Assembly: GCA_964658305.1 (NCBI GenBank) | Contig: OZ210885.1 | Location: 310,001-374,000 of the forward strand | Direction: 5' to 3' | Source: Leptogorgia sarmentosa | Lineage: Eukaryota | DNA: 64,000 bases | In this document: piece by piece, positions 13,714 through 24,400 of the stretch | Numbering within the stretch: the first letter of the stretch is position 1 | Layout: each line of letters opens with the position of its first letter | Position numbers and translations under genes: made by a program | Notes under the pieces: model-generated | Told to the model about the DNA's origin: nothing | Database searches by the model: none | The model's input: only the letters and a program-made list of their open reading frames with translations

Positions 13714-13742
13714 TTCTGATTGGCTCATGCAGAGGGCGGGAA
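13714..13742 (-). promoter_or_regulatory. CCAAT box and GC box upstream of BCAT
   Basis: CTGATTGGCT (AGCCAATCAG on minus) and GGGCGGG, about 120-145 bp upstream of the ATG. Confidence 0.5.
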
Positions 13743-14228
13743 CAAGGCAGGGAAAACCAACGGGGAAAACACGCAATGCGTCAGGGAAAACACTTCTATG
13801 AGTTCTATCCCTATGCCTACTGCTCGTATAGCCGATGGTACACAAAACGATTTTTCAACGACGATTCGCACCGCAAGCTAAGGGGCTGTTTAACCAATCA
13901 AATCTCGTGCAACTTCATTTGTATTGCGAATCGTCGTTGTAAACATCCCGTGTAACAGCTCAAAAGTGTAGCTAATAGCCCGTCCAATATAGCGGCGCGG
14001 CCTATTTCCCTTTCGTAAACGATCGTTACCTTCCGAAACGGTCGTTGCCTTCCTTGCTCGCTTTTTAAATGTTACATAACGCGTTTCCACTATAAATGTT
14101 TTTGCTTACGAGGGCTTTCAGTGAAGCTCGAAAGATAAGACTTTTTTCCCTCAATATTTTCCCGTCGTGTTTCCATCGTGTTTTAGTATACACCCAACCA
14201 TCGTTTATTACAAATTCTACATTCTGAT

Positions 14229-14271
14229 CAACCTCGTTCCCAGGGTCTTGAAGACCCTGGGAACGAGGTTG
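14229..14271. mobile_element. 43-bp palindromic mini-MITE
   Basis: CAACCTCGTTCCCAGGGTCTT-G-AAGACCCTGGGAACGAGGTTG, a perfect hairpin. Confidence 0.75.
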
Positions 14272-14476
14272 CATTCTCATTGGCTACTCAGCCGTCGTCT
14301 ACTCTGTGATAGACCACGGTTCGCGAAAAAGTAAACGAAAACAATATGGCTACTGCAGAAAACTCGTGTTTTGCAGAGGTCTCTGTAGAATTTTCTTGAT
14401 GTAAATAATTCAGGGGATAGAGTGTATACTAAAACAATTAGCGGACAACTCGGCCTCGCTGTCTAATTGTTAAATA
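14272..14476 (+). mobile_element. Non-autonomous Crypton-like element
   Basis: ATTGGCT end, remnant MATAENSCFAEVS, and terminal AACAATTAG..CTCGGCCTCG..CTAATTGTT hairpin. Confidence 0.5.
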
Positions 14477-15438
14477 GAAACACGGATTTTTTGAGCTCTG
14501 GACGATTGCTTTCAATCCCAGTCCCAGTGCATGAAATCCCACTTTCCGGGCCAGCCAAAAATAAGCAAATCCCAGTTCCTCCATTTCAGTCCTTCTCAAG
14601 ATCCTCTATATTTACCTACCAAACAATTTGACCGAGTTCTGGACTGCGGGTATAATGATAAATGCAAAATTTATGTACTAATTCAAGCTTAATTTAGAGT
14701 GGTTTTTCTGAAAAGGTCAATATGTTTTTGTTCAATTCGCAGTTCGCAAAAGCAACAAAAACAAGTTGGGGCTATAGTCGGTGGCTGTGAAATAATGATA
14801 AAAAGTAGCGTGACCCATTAGTGAAATTGTGATGCCACCTGTTGACCGTGACGTACATCCATAACCTGCCACAGCTCAGCAAAAGCTAGATGTAAACACC
14901 TTTCCCTATCTCCAAATTCGCCCTCAAATAAAACAGAATATGATTTTACTTGCAGTAACTTTTCTAAGCATTTGATTTTCACGGCTAACGCTAGTACTGG
15001 TATTTTTTTAGTACTTAGTTCTGTTAGTTTATAATATCATTGTTGTGCTAGAAAGCATTGAAACCTGTGCGAATTAATGATTAATTACGCAGGTGTGTAA
15101 TTGATTATTAATTGCATAGTTCCGAGCATGCGATGAATTTGATGGAAGGTTTCCATCATTTATTTTCAACTTTTAACCCTGGAAAGTCCTTAATAAAACA
15201 TTCACAGAAAAGCAAACTCTCAAGAAATTGCGACACAGCATGGCAAACTAATTTTGTTTCTGCATGCAGACACCTGGGCTGTCCTAAATCACCCAATTAA
15301 ATTGCAGTCAAGTTTTGCATGTGCGTCATCAGTTAGAAATGTCCTGCTATTTAACTTGAACACCTTGGCGAACAAACTCAGTATAAAGACGCTCCGTTCA
15401 GATTAATCAGTATCTTACGTGTGCAAAAACATGCAATA

Positions 15439-18400
15439 ATGTTTTCTTTGCGATGTTTTATGTTAATGTTTCTCTGGCTTGATCCTGTCACATCAAGCAT
15501 GAACAGAATTTTTGTTGATACTACTTTACCTGATTCAGCGTTTCCAGTACTACGTCGAGGTAAGTATGTAATACTTTCTTTGGAAATAATGTTGACGGAT
15601 ATACTTCGAGCAAACAATATTATATGCAAATAATGAATGTTTTTATTCGTGCAATGGTAAGAAATATTTTCATGAGGTGAAAGATGAAATGTTCTATTCA
15701 ACGAGGCGATAGGTTGAATAGAACCGTCTATATCTTTCACCGAATGAAAATTAATATTCTTACCATTGCGCGAATAAAAACATTCATTATATTTGTTTAA
15801 TATAATACCAAATAGGCTACTCCTTCTCAAGAACAGTTTTTAAAAAACTATAATAATAAACGATATAAACAAAGTGTAATCACTGTGCGAAAAGCGCTCT
15901 TCCCAGCCATAAATTTTGACCGATATAATTAATATACTTTTATTTTTGTTCTCTCCATTTCGCAGATGTTTCGAGATTGAAAACAAACATCATGGCGGAA
16001 TTTACAGGGACATTTTACACACTTTGTGTACTTCATTGTGCGGAAAGACGTTTTTGTACTGCGATAAACTACAAGGACAGTACTGAAGGGAATGAACCAA
16101 ATTGCCAACTGACAAACACGACTGAACATAAATTTGACGAAACCGCCAGTGAAAAAGAGAAAACATGGACGTTCAGAAAGATTGATATTGACAGAACACC
16201 GATGGTAAATATTTGAACTTTACTGCAAAAATAATATTCTTCTGTTACTTAAAATCATTGTTGTAAGTTAATAAGAGTTAATTTTTGCCACTTAAGAGTC
16301 ATATTGTTGTCATTTAAGAGTCAATCTTTACGTTGCTTTTCAAAGCCATCATTAGCATCATTATAGGCATGTTCACACGAGTGATTTTTTGCTACGACGG
16401 TTGTTCTTTTTCACAGATGTGAACGATTGGATTAACAACAATTGTGCGGAGTGCGTGCTTTCTCACCTCAACATTTGTGTCTGGTTTACTCGTTCATGCA
16501 CATCCGTCAAAAGGAGAAACTATCGCAGCGAAATCGTTCGTGTGAACCCGCCTTCTGCATGTTGCACTTTCTGTACAATGCTCTTTTCGTTATATGCAAT
16601 ACGCAACTTTAGAAAATTGAATGAAATTTTGCTGGTTACAATTGTAGCGTATCTACTCTCTCATAAATGCACCGCACAATGTACTTTTTTTCAGACAACC
16701 TGCAAAGAAGAAACCAATGAATGTCAAAACGGTGGAACAATGATTTGGGACCCAGTAAAATCTTTTACTTGTCTTTGTAAAGAGGGCTACGGAGGAGAAT
16801 TGTGTGAAAAAGGTGAGGTACATTTTTATATGGCAAGTCAATGAATCAAGCATGGAACAACTTTGAATTACCACAAGGAATTAAACTAAACTTCTGTGTC
16901 TAAACATACCAACTATGCAATGAATTATAAACTACGCATTTATTTTATATAATTCAAGTTCATTTATTTTTCATCTCTGATACAATCTACACTGAGTTAA
17001 TACATAGAAAAGCCGGCGTGATTACGACGCACGGCGACAGATGGTCTAAGATTGTTTTTTGCCAACCTCGCTGTGATTGGTGAGGAGAGAAAGCCCAAAG
17101 AAGTGGCTGGTATAGTGAGTTCCTATAGTGTTCAATGCACCCTAATCCTAACCCTAATCCTTAGAAAAAAGTAAAGAAAAGTACAGACTTTATAAGCCAT
17201 TTTTGTCCCATTTCTCTTCTTGCAGACAATAACGAGCACACTGGGAGAACATGGAAAGGTATTTGTGCAACATTATAAAACCTACATGCAGACCACATTG
17301 GACAAACGATCATCTATTTCAGCCCGGGCCCCAAAAGTTGTCTGGGCGGGCCTGCTGTCGTCAGTGTTTTTCGCCAGCCAATCAAGATGCTTTTTCTTGT
17401 GTTTTGGAAAACAGGAATTTTATTATATATTTAGGCCCACTTGGTGAGTCAGTGATATTGGCGAATGAACCAGTCTCTTTCACAAACAACTTGACCGAGT
17501 GGTTGGCACGAACAGGAATTGGAAATTGGAGTATTTGTTGGCGAGCAACGAGAGATGGTTGGGCTGCCAGCAAATTCCACTCAAACTGCGATGGAAGAAA
17601 ACCAACCTTGACTATTGTTCAAGTTGCGGCGACGTTCGTTTTCGGCGGTTATGCTACAGAATCATGGAATGCAACAAGTAAGTATTCAGTAAACTCACGA
17701 ATCATTTCTTTTTTTGTCTTCCTTTTGATTGTCTAATTATCTGCAAGCTCCCCTGCAGGTGAGTATGTTTTCACTTGGGTTCGTATGTTTCATTTGGGAT
17801 TGTCTGTAATAACGATAACCAAAAAATGACAACTTCTAACTATTAAAGATTTAAGAATACTAAACGATTTAAGAATACTAAAAGTTTTCTTTCAAAAGCT
17901 TAGTAAAAGCATTAAAGTTTAGAGGCACACTGTTATATAGTTCCAGTTTTGCGCACTTAATTCGTCACACATAAGATCCTCGCTATAATTCTTTGTGTTT
18001 CAACAATTTAAAATAATTCTCGACGCATATTTGAGATGGTGTAGCCTTTCCATGTTGTCATTAATCCCTATTGCCACTAATCCCCCTTTGACATTCGTCC
18101 CTATTGCCACTAATCCCCCTTCGACATTAGTCACTAGCCTTAACGAGCGAAAGATAAATTGACAACCGTATTGTGTTTATTTTGTACAGATGGCCCAACC
18201 CCTGCACAGGGATCCTTCTTGTTTTCTCTTCGTAATAACGATGACCTTGGCCCATTCATAGCTCCGTTGATACAATGGAATGAGCAGAGAGCGATGTTTT
18301 GTCAAATTGGATTTGGACCCTGCTTTGATCGGGACTGGTGTATCTACGACAATGCGGGATTGAATAAGGAATCCAAGGCAGATTTTGGTCACATATATCA

Positions 18401-18503
18401 ACTTCCATCTGGATATACTCCTGGCGAACCCAAAACAAAATCTCTCCTTGCAGGAAGTGAATACTTCACTCCATCAGAAATCGAAGTCCTATATTTGAAC
18501 TGA
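15439..18503 (+). CDS. Predicted secreted PAN/Apple - EGF - TLDc protein (~344 aa, 5 exons)
   Basis: Exons 15439-15559 (signal-peptide-like MFSLRCFMLMFLWLDPVTS), 15966-16204 (PAN: CVLHCAERRFCTAINY..CQL), 16695-16812 (EGF-like: CQNGG..CLCKEGYGGELCE), 17435-17677 and 18190-18503 (TLDc: WRATRDGWAASKFHSNCD, PTLTIV, FGGY, SFLFSL, GPCFD, EIEV). Phases 1/0/1/1 join into an open 1035-nt frame. Confidence 0.88.
15612..15810. mobile_element. Crypton-like terminal hairpin remnant in intron 1
   Basis: Inverted arms around ATTCAACGAGGCGATAGGTTGAAT. Confidence 0.5.
16366..16552. mobile_element. Harbinger-like MITE (diverged relative of 20917-21109)
   Basis: GGCATGTTCACACGA ... TCGTGTGAACCCGCC; internal CACATCCGTCAAAAGGAGAAA is shared with the 20917 copy. 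Confidence 0.65.
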
Positions 18504-19181
18504 AACTCCACTCATACCTCACCACGCACAAAGGGAAATAATTTTAATTAACAAACACAGCCTAATATCTATATCAGTAGTGTTACAAAAAGGTGTTACA
18601 ATCGATTTCAAAAGAAATTAATAGTGCAGAACACGACTATATGAACCTCCCCTCCCGACGGAGCTTAGTTCAAAAACCTAGGGGTCCTGACAGTTGGGGG
18701 TCCCATGGGCCCCGGCTCTCCGGACAAAAAAGTAAGGCACGCCGTTGCAATCTACTCAGAATTTTTCAGGGGCGCAACTAGAGCATCAAATGGAGGGAGA
18801 ACTGTGTATATTCATTAATGCGCGTTCTGCTCGAATATAACGAACTCGCCCACTCCCCGAAAACGATCAAGTTTCGCCCATGATTGGTTTGTTTTGTTTT
18901 TATAATTGAAATTTGTATAATTTGTAATTAGATGAAAATAGAAACGAACATTCTCTTGGACGTTTGCATGACATACTGTTTTTATAAACTGAACTCTTTA
19001 GCACAAGTCTAGCACCAGTAAAGAGCACTGTAGTATTTATTAATAAAAAATAAATGGTACAAAAAGTCAAATCTGTTTTCCAATTTACCTTCAAAATTTT
19101 CGTCTATAATCAATACGACAAGATTGTTACGAAACTCAATCCGAGAAGCACGGTAACGGTTGAGTAGCGTGCTAGAGAAGA

Positions 19182-19565
19182 GTGGTTGAGAGGGATGCCA
19201 GGGTTGAGAAGCGTGATTGAGGATCATGGTTTAGAAGCGTGGTTGCGAAGCATGCTTGAGAAGCCTGGTTGAGAACCTCGGACTTCAACCACGATGCTCA
19301 ATCACGGACTTCAACCACGATGTTCAATCACGGACTTCAACCACGATGTTCAATCACGGTCTTCAACCACGATGTTCAATCACGGACTTCAACCACGATG
19401 CTCAATCACGGACTTCAACCACGATGTTCAACCACGGACTTCTACACGATACTCAGCCACGATATTTCAACTACGATACTGAGTATGGTGGCTGAGTATC
19501 GTGGTTGAGTATCGTGGCTGAGTATCGTGTAGAAGTCCGTGGTTGGGTATCGTGGTAACGTGGTT
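19182..19565. repeat. 26-bp minisatellite (13-bp subunits) with inverted flanks
   Basis: Unit CAATCACGGACTTCAACCACGATGTT, about 6 copies, flanked by CGTGGTTGAG-type subunits in the opposite orientation. This explains three overlapping repetitive ORFs. Confidence 0.85.
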
Positions 19566-19574
19566 GTATATTAT

Positions 19575-20342
19575 ATATTTAACAATTAGATTACCAGCTC
19601 GAGATTTCTATGAGATGATAGTTGATGAGGGCGGAGCCCGAATCAACTATCCTCTCGTAGAAATCGAGAGCGAGTAATCTAATTGTTTTAGTAGAATCAG
19701 AGATCAAACATGAAAATATTGCAAAAAATAATTTAAAACCGCGTCTCAGAAGACATTTTCTTGAACGAAAATTCACATATTTTGCTACTCGCTATCTATC
19801 GAGGAATAGATAGCGAGTAGAGTAGCCAATCAAATTGCAGCATTTGCAATAGTATACGAGTATGATTCTACTAAATATATATAGAAAAATGTTATTTGTC
19901 AACTAGAAAAACATCATTTAAACATAACCACTGGTTTATATTTTTCTATCACTTTAAGTTTTTCTAGTTGACAAATAACATTTTTCTATATCTATACTTG
20001 TATTTGGCATAACAAAACCTATATATATATATATTTAGTAGAATCATACTCGTATACTATTGCAAATGCTGCAATTTGATTGGCTACTCTACTCGCTATC
20101 TATATTCCTCGATAGATAGCGAGTAGCAAAAATGTGAATTTTTGTTCAAGAAAATGTCTTCTGAGACGCGGTTTTAAATTATTCCTTGCAACATTTTCAT
20201 GTTTGATCTCTGATTCTACTAAATTCGCCCTCATCAACTATCACATCGTAGAAATCTCGAGCTCGTAATCTAATTGTTAAATAGATATCGAGTAGAGTAG
20301 CCAATCAAATTGCAGCATTTGCAATAGTATACGAGTATGATA
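19575..20342. mobile_element. Two inverted copies plus a fragment of one Crypton-like element around a central hairpin
   Basis: Copy 1 (19575-19880) and copy 2 (20031-20283, internally deleted) are reverse complements; a third fragment is at 20288-20342. The same family recurs at ~44125-44200. Confidence 0.7.
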
Positions 20343-20350
20343 TGAGTACC

Positions 20351-20387
<37 letters not shown>

Positions 20388-20438
20388 TTATTTGTGGATA
20401 CGATGAAGATGGAATATAAAGGATATCAGTAAATAACA

Positions 20439-20490
20439 CTCATTTTGCACTAACGTTTTCGCTTTTATTGTAAGCTCTTCAGGTGCTGAG
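20439..20490 (-). ncRNA. Minimal type I hammerhead ribozyme (inverted copy)
   Basis: Exact reverse complement of the motif at 20544-20595. Confidence 0.75.
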
Positions 20491-20543
20491 TAAAAGTGTT
20501 TTGATATCCTATTCTATAGTGTGTTCCCATCAAAACACTTTTA

Positions 20544-20595
20544 CTCAGCACCTGAAGAGCTTACAATAAAAGCGAAAACGTTAGTGCAAAATGAG
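20544..20595 (+). ncRNA. Minimal type I hammerhead ribozyme
   Basis: CTCA-GCAC [CTGAAGA] GCTT-acaataa-AAGC [GAAA] ACGT [TA] GTGC-aaaa-TGAG. Stem I GCAC/GTGC (extended by CTCA/TGAG), stem II GCTT/AAGC, palindromic stem III AACGTT, predicted cleavage after A20583. Confidence 0.8.
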
Positions 20596-20916
20596 TGTTA
20601 TTTACTGATATCCTTTATATTCCATCTTCATCGTATCCACAAATAACTTTTTTTATGTACTTCTACTTGTGTGATCAACCTAAACATTTATTTTATATAT
20701 ATATATATATATACGATAAAGTTTTGGTTAGCGAAATGCCAAAAGAGTGCTCGATACCATATAGATAGAGCAAATAGTATAGTTTTGCCTCAAAAAGGTG
20801 CCACTACAGCCTGTTTCATCCATCATTCCATCAATTTTTGCTCATTCCAAAAATAGGCAAATTGGCGTTCGCATTTTACATGACGACTGTATCGTCATCG
20901 AGTTTCTGTTTCATAA

Positions 20917-21109
20917 GGCCCGTTTACACTTGCAATTTTGACTGCGATTTTCTCCTTTTGATGGATGTGAATGAGTGAACTGGTTACAAATGTATGGTGA
21001 AGAAAAATCCACTAAGTAAATTCGTTGTTGTTAATCCACTCATTCACATCCGTCAAAAGGAGAAAATCGCACTAAAAATCGCAGTCAAAGTTGCAAGTGT
21101 AAACGGGCC
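20917..21109. mobile_element. PIF/Harbinger-like MITE
   Basis: TAA|GGCCCGTTTACACTTGCAA ... TTGCAAGTGTAAACGGGCC|TAT, with long internal symmetry. Partial copies near 29645 and 52005. Confidence 0.8.
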
Positions 21110-21330
21110 TATACGCATCTGTGCAAGAGTTAACCAATCAGAACTAAAAATAGAATCAACCTTCTACAATTTTTGCTCATTCATCAAAATATTTATTTCC
21201 TTTTAAATTTCCTTTAAAAAAAGGCTTCAAAGTGGAAGCCTGAATAGAGTTCTTTCTGTAGTTGTTAACATGAAGTAAAGCACGGAAAAATGTCAGCAAT
21301 TGCCGCTGGTTCCTAACGACATCGAAAAAT

Positions 21331-21465
21331 CAACCAATCAGAAGCCATTATAGCACACAAGCTGACCAATGAACGGCGAAAGAAGGAGTTGCAAAGAATT
21401 CAAAATTTTTTGGCATTCGAGCATTGTTGTTAAACTTTGTAAATGGAATGGAATTGGTTTGAATC
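21331..21465 (+). promoter_or_regulatory. G2/M-type promoter of KIF18A (tandem CCAAT boxes plus CHR-like sites)
   Basis: CCAAT at 21334 and 21366 (32 bp apart), TTCAAA at 21399 and TTTGAA near 21458; the ATG is at 21497. Confidence 0.55.
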
Positions 21466-21496
21466 ATAGCATTGTAGAAATCGTTCTTGTTCGAAA

Positions 21497-24400
21497 ATGG
21501 TTAGCAAAGGAAAGAATGTAGTCCCTGGTCGAAGTAAACAGAAACCATCTTCAGTCAGCGATGCGGGAAAAAGCAGTAATGTGAAAGTTGTGGTTCGTGT
21601 GCGGCCTTTGAATGCGATGGAGTCCAATGGCAATCGCAGAGTTGTTGTTCAACCTATGGATGAAAGAGTTGTTGTCTTCGATCCTCACGATGATTTTGAT
21701 GCCAACTCTTTTATACCAAATAAAAAACCAAGAAAACGAAGCAATATTTTAGACCGCCGTGTTAAGGATTTGAGATTTATATTTGATCGAGTGTTTAATG
21801 AGAATGCGACAAATCAAGAGATATTTGATGAGACTACAAAAAGTATTATTGATGGAGTTCTGAACGGCTATAACTGTACTGTATTTGCTTATGGTGCTAC
21901 AGGCGCTGGAAAGACTCACACTATGCTAGGAAATGATAAAACTCCTGGAGTAATGTTCTTAACTATGATGGATTTATATAAAAGAATTGAAGAAATGAAA
22001 CATGAGAAGACTTGTGAAGTTGCTGTTGCTTATCTTGAGGTATGGCTTCATTGAGCAGATTTTTCATGTTTAAATCCAGCTTGCTTTGCTGCAATGTAAT
22101 GTTACAATGTATATACCGTACTAATAGATTATTCCAGAAAAGATCCACACTGCTCAAATGATGGGCAATTGAACAACTTGTACATGACTTTTCTCAGTAT
22201 TTGAGTGCTTGTAGCGAGATAAACTGAACGGTAACACATCTATTGACACTCAAAATTTCTCCAACTCCTGAAATTTTTTCTAAAGTAATCGATTTTCAAA
22301 ATCCACATCATTTCCTCTGTGGGACCGGGGGTGGTATACATATGAATATTTTTTTTGGAATGACCCAACATTGATCTTGTTTTATAATGAGTCAGCCAGT
22401 ATGGCAGGGTAGCACATCTATAACATAGATGCAACAAATTCCTATACTTACTACCTAAATCATTACATACCTAGAAGATTGTTTCCGGTAAAGATCCCTT
22501 GAAATATCAAAACTTTTTTCATGTACAGTAGTTTCTACTTGATACGTCAGTGTATAGGAAGCAGGCTGGACAATCTCTGTAGGGTCTGGGCAAATTTTTT
22601 CTTTGTGGAGTTGGAATCTCACTTTGGTGGGCTGGTAATTTTTAATTGTAAATGCAAGTAAATAATGAAACCAGCCTTGCCTAATGATCATCAGGAGGAG
22701 ATGATTAGCTTGGCAAAGCAATTGCTTATGTACTGTAGTAGGTACAGTATAAGATCTGTTACAGTATTATAGTCTGACTAAACACATAAACAACCGGCCT
22801 AAATTACTTCTGGTGAATTAATATGTCTTGGTTTTTGATGTTTTTCAAAAAGTTTAATTCAAATCCTATCTAGGGCCTGTTTACTGACTCCACTGTATCT
22901 TACAATTTCATTTGGTGAAATGGGCATGAAATTGCATAGTTTTAGTTTACACGGACAACTACAGTATGTATTATTCCACTGTACATATCTGATTCCAATC
23001 CATTGAAAAATTATCTTAAGTGGTCAGTGGAAAACAACCTTAAAGTACATCCACAAGGTGAACTTGCAAGCCAAGTTGACATTTTTGGATATTCTAAGTA
23101 AAAATGCAAATTTGAATCGTCATTGTTGCCATGGCGATAGTGGTGATGTCACCTCAGTGACCAATTTCCAACTGTTTGACTGCTGCTGTATATAACATTA
23201 TTGTAATTGTATATACAAGTTTCAATTGCTAGTTGAAAGCACCATCTAGGCTCAAAAAGTTAATCTAATTTAAGTACGTACATTTTCAACATTTTTATAA
23301 ACTCATGTAGACACCCTCCCTAAAAGTCAGTGAGGCTGCAGAGTTAAATTTTATATACACATAATGTCTGCTCGTGAGGGTAATAGTTCAGGTTTTGTTT
23401 TCCAGAGAGACATTGAGTTTTGAGGGAAAACAAAACTATTTCCCGAGGGAACAGGCATTTCATTTTGTTTTTGGATGCGACGAAATAAAAATTTTAAAAA
23501 ATACTCATACAACAATTGTATTTTGTGATAAAAAAAACATACAAATTTAAGAGATTTTTAATTTATAAACTTGCCTACAGGATTTCCACAGCAGTTCCCG
23601 TTGCCTGCTTGTGTATTTTTCGTCTCTTTTAGATTCTATAGTCTTTAAAAAACTTCAGAAAACATTCATAACTTGCAAGTTCAAAGCAGCCATTTTGTTT
23701 TCGGGAGGGCGACCGCGTGGAAACATTGTATTTAATTAGGGTCATGTGACCGCAAATTAGCCAATCACATTTAGCATTACGTATAGCTACAGATATATAG
23801 CAAGAGCTACATAATATAGGCTTGTAATCACCAAGCCTGAGGCGACTAATTGTTTCAGTATAAATTTCCAGGTCAAACTGATTTGATTCAAACTGTCTGT
23901 TAAGTAGAAATTCAAGTTTTGTTTATACATAAAATAGTTCACGCTCATATCACCACTTTGCTAGTGAAAAAAGCCAGTTTTGTTCCATAAAAATAACACT
24001 AAATAAAATATTTTACCTTGAAAGATTTTTAAACCATATTTTGTCGCTTGTTTGGTTTTCTTGGGGATGCTTTCTTGTTTAATTTTGTCAACTTCCTCCT
24101 GCGAAACTTCAGCAAACCGAGCGGCCATTTTGAATTTTATTGCTGCCATTACGCATTAGGTGATTAATCTGAAGTACAGTAGGTTGACCAATCAGTGGGC
24201 ACAATTTTCAGTAATCACCTGTGTACTAACTAAAGGTTATAATACACCCTTTTGAAAAGCATACAAAAAGCGAGGCTGAATCGCTAGGTACGGTGGGCCA
24301 TCCACGACTACATATATTTTCTCATCTGCGCTCCACTTTTTGCAATCCGCACGCCACTTTTTGCAATCCGCACGCCACTTTTTGCAATCCGCGCGCCACT

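Larger units (their letters stand above)
20385..20692. mobile_element. Penelope-like element remnant: perfect 121-bp inverted repeat plus tail, inserted in (TA)n
   Basis: Arms 20385-20505 and 20529-20649 are exact reverse complements with a 23-nt spacer; 43-nt tail; (TA)n on both sides; each arm contains a hammerhead core. Confidence 0.8.

Noticed and set aside
17140..17162. CCCTAA-like telomeric repeats
   Set aside because: Only ~3 imperfect units; typical of MITE interiors, not an interstitial telomere.
19256..19508. Three overlapping repetitive ORFs
   Set aside because: Translation artefacts of the 26-bp minisatellite.
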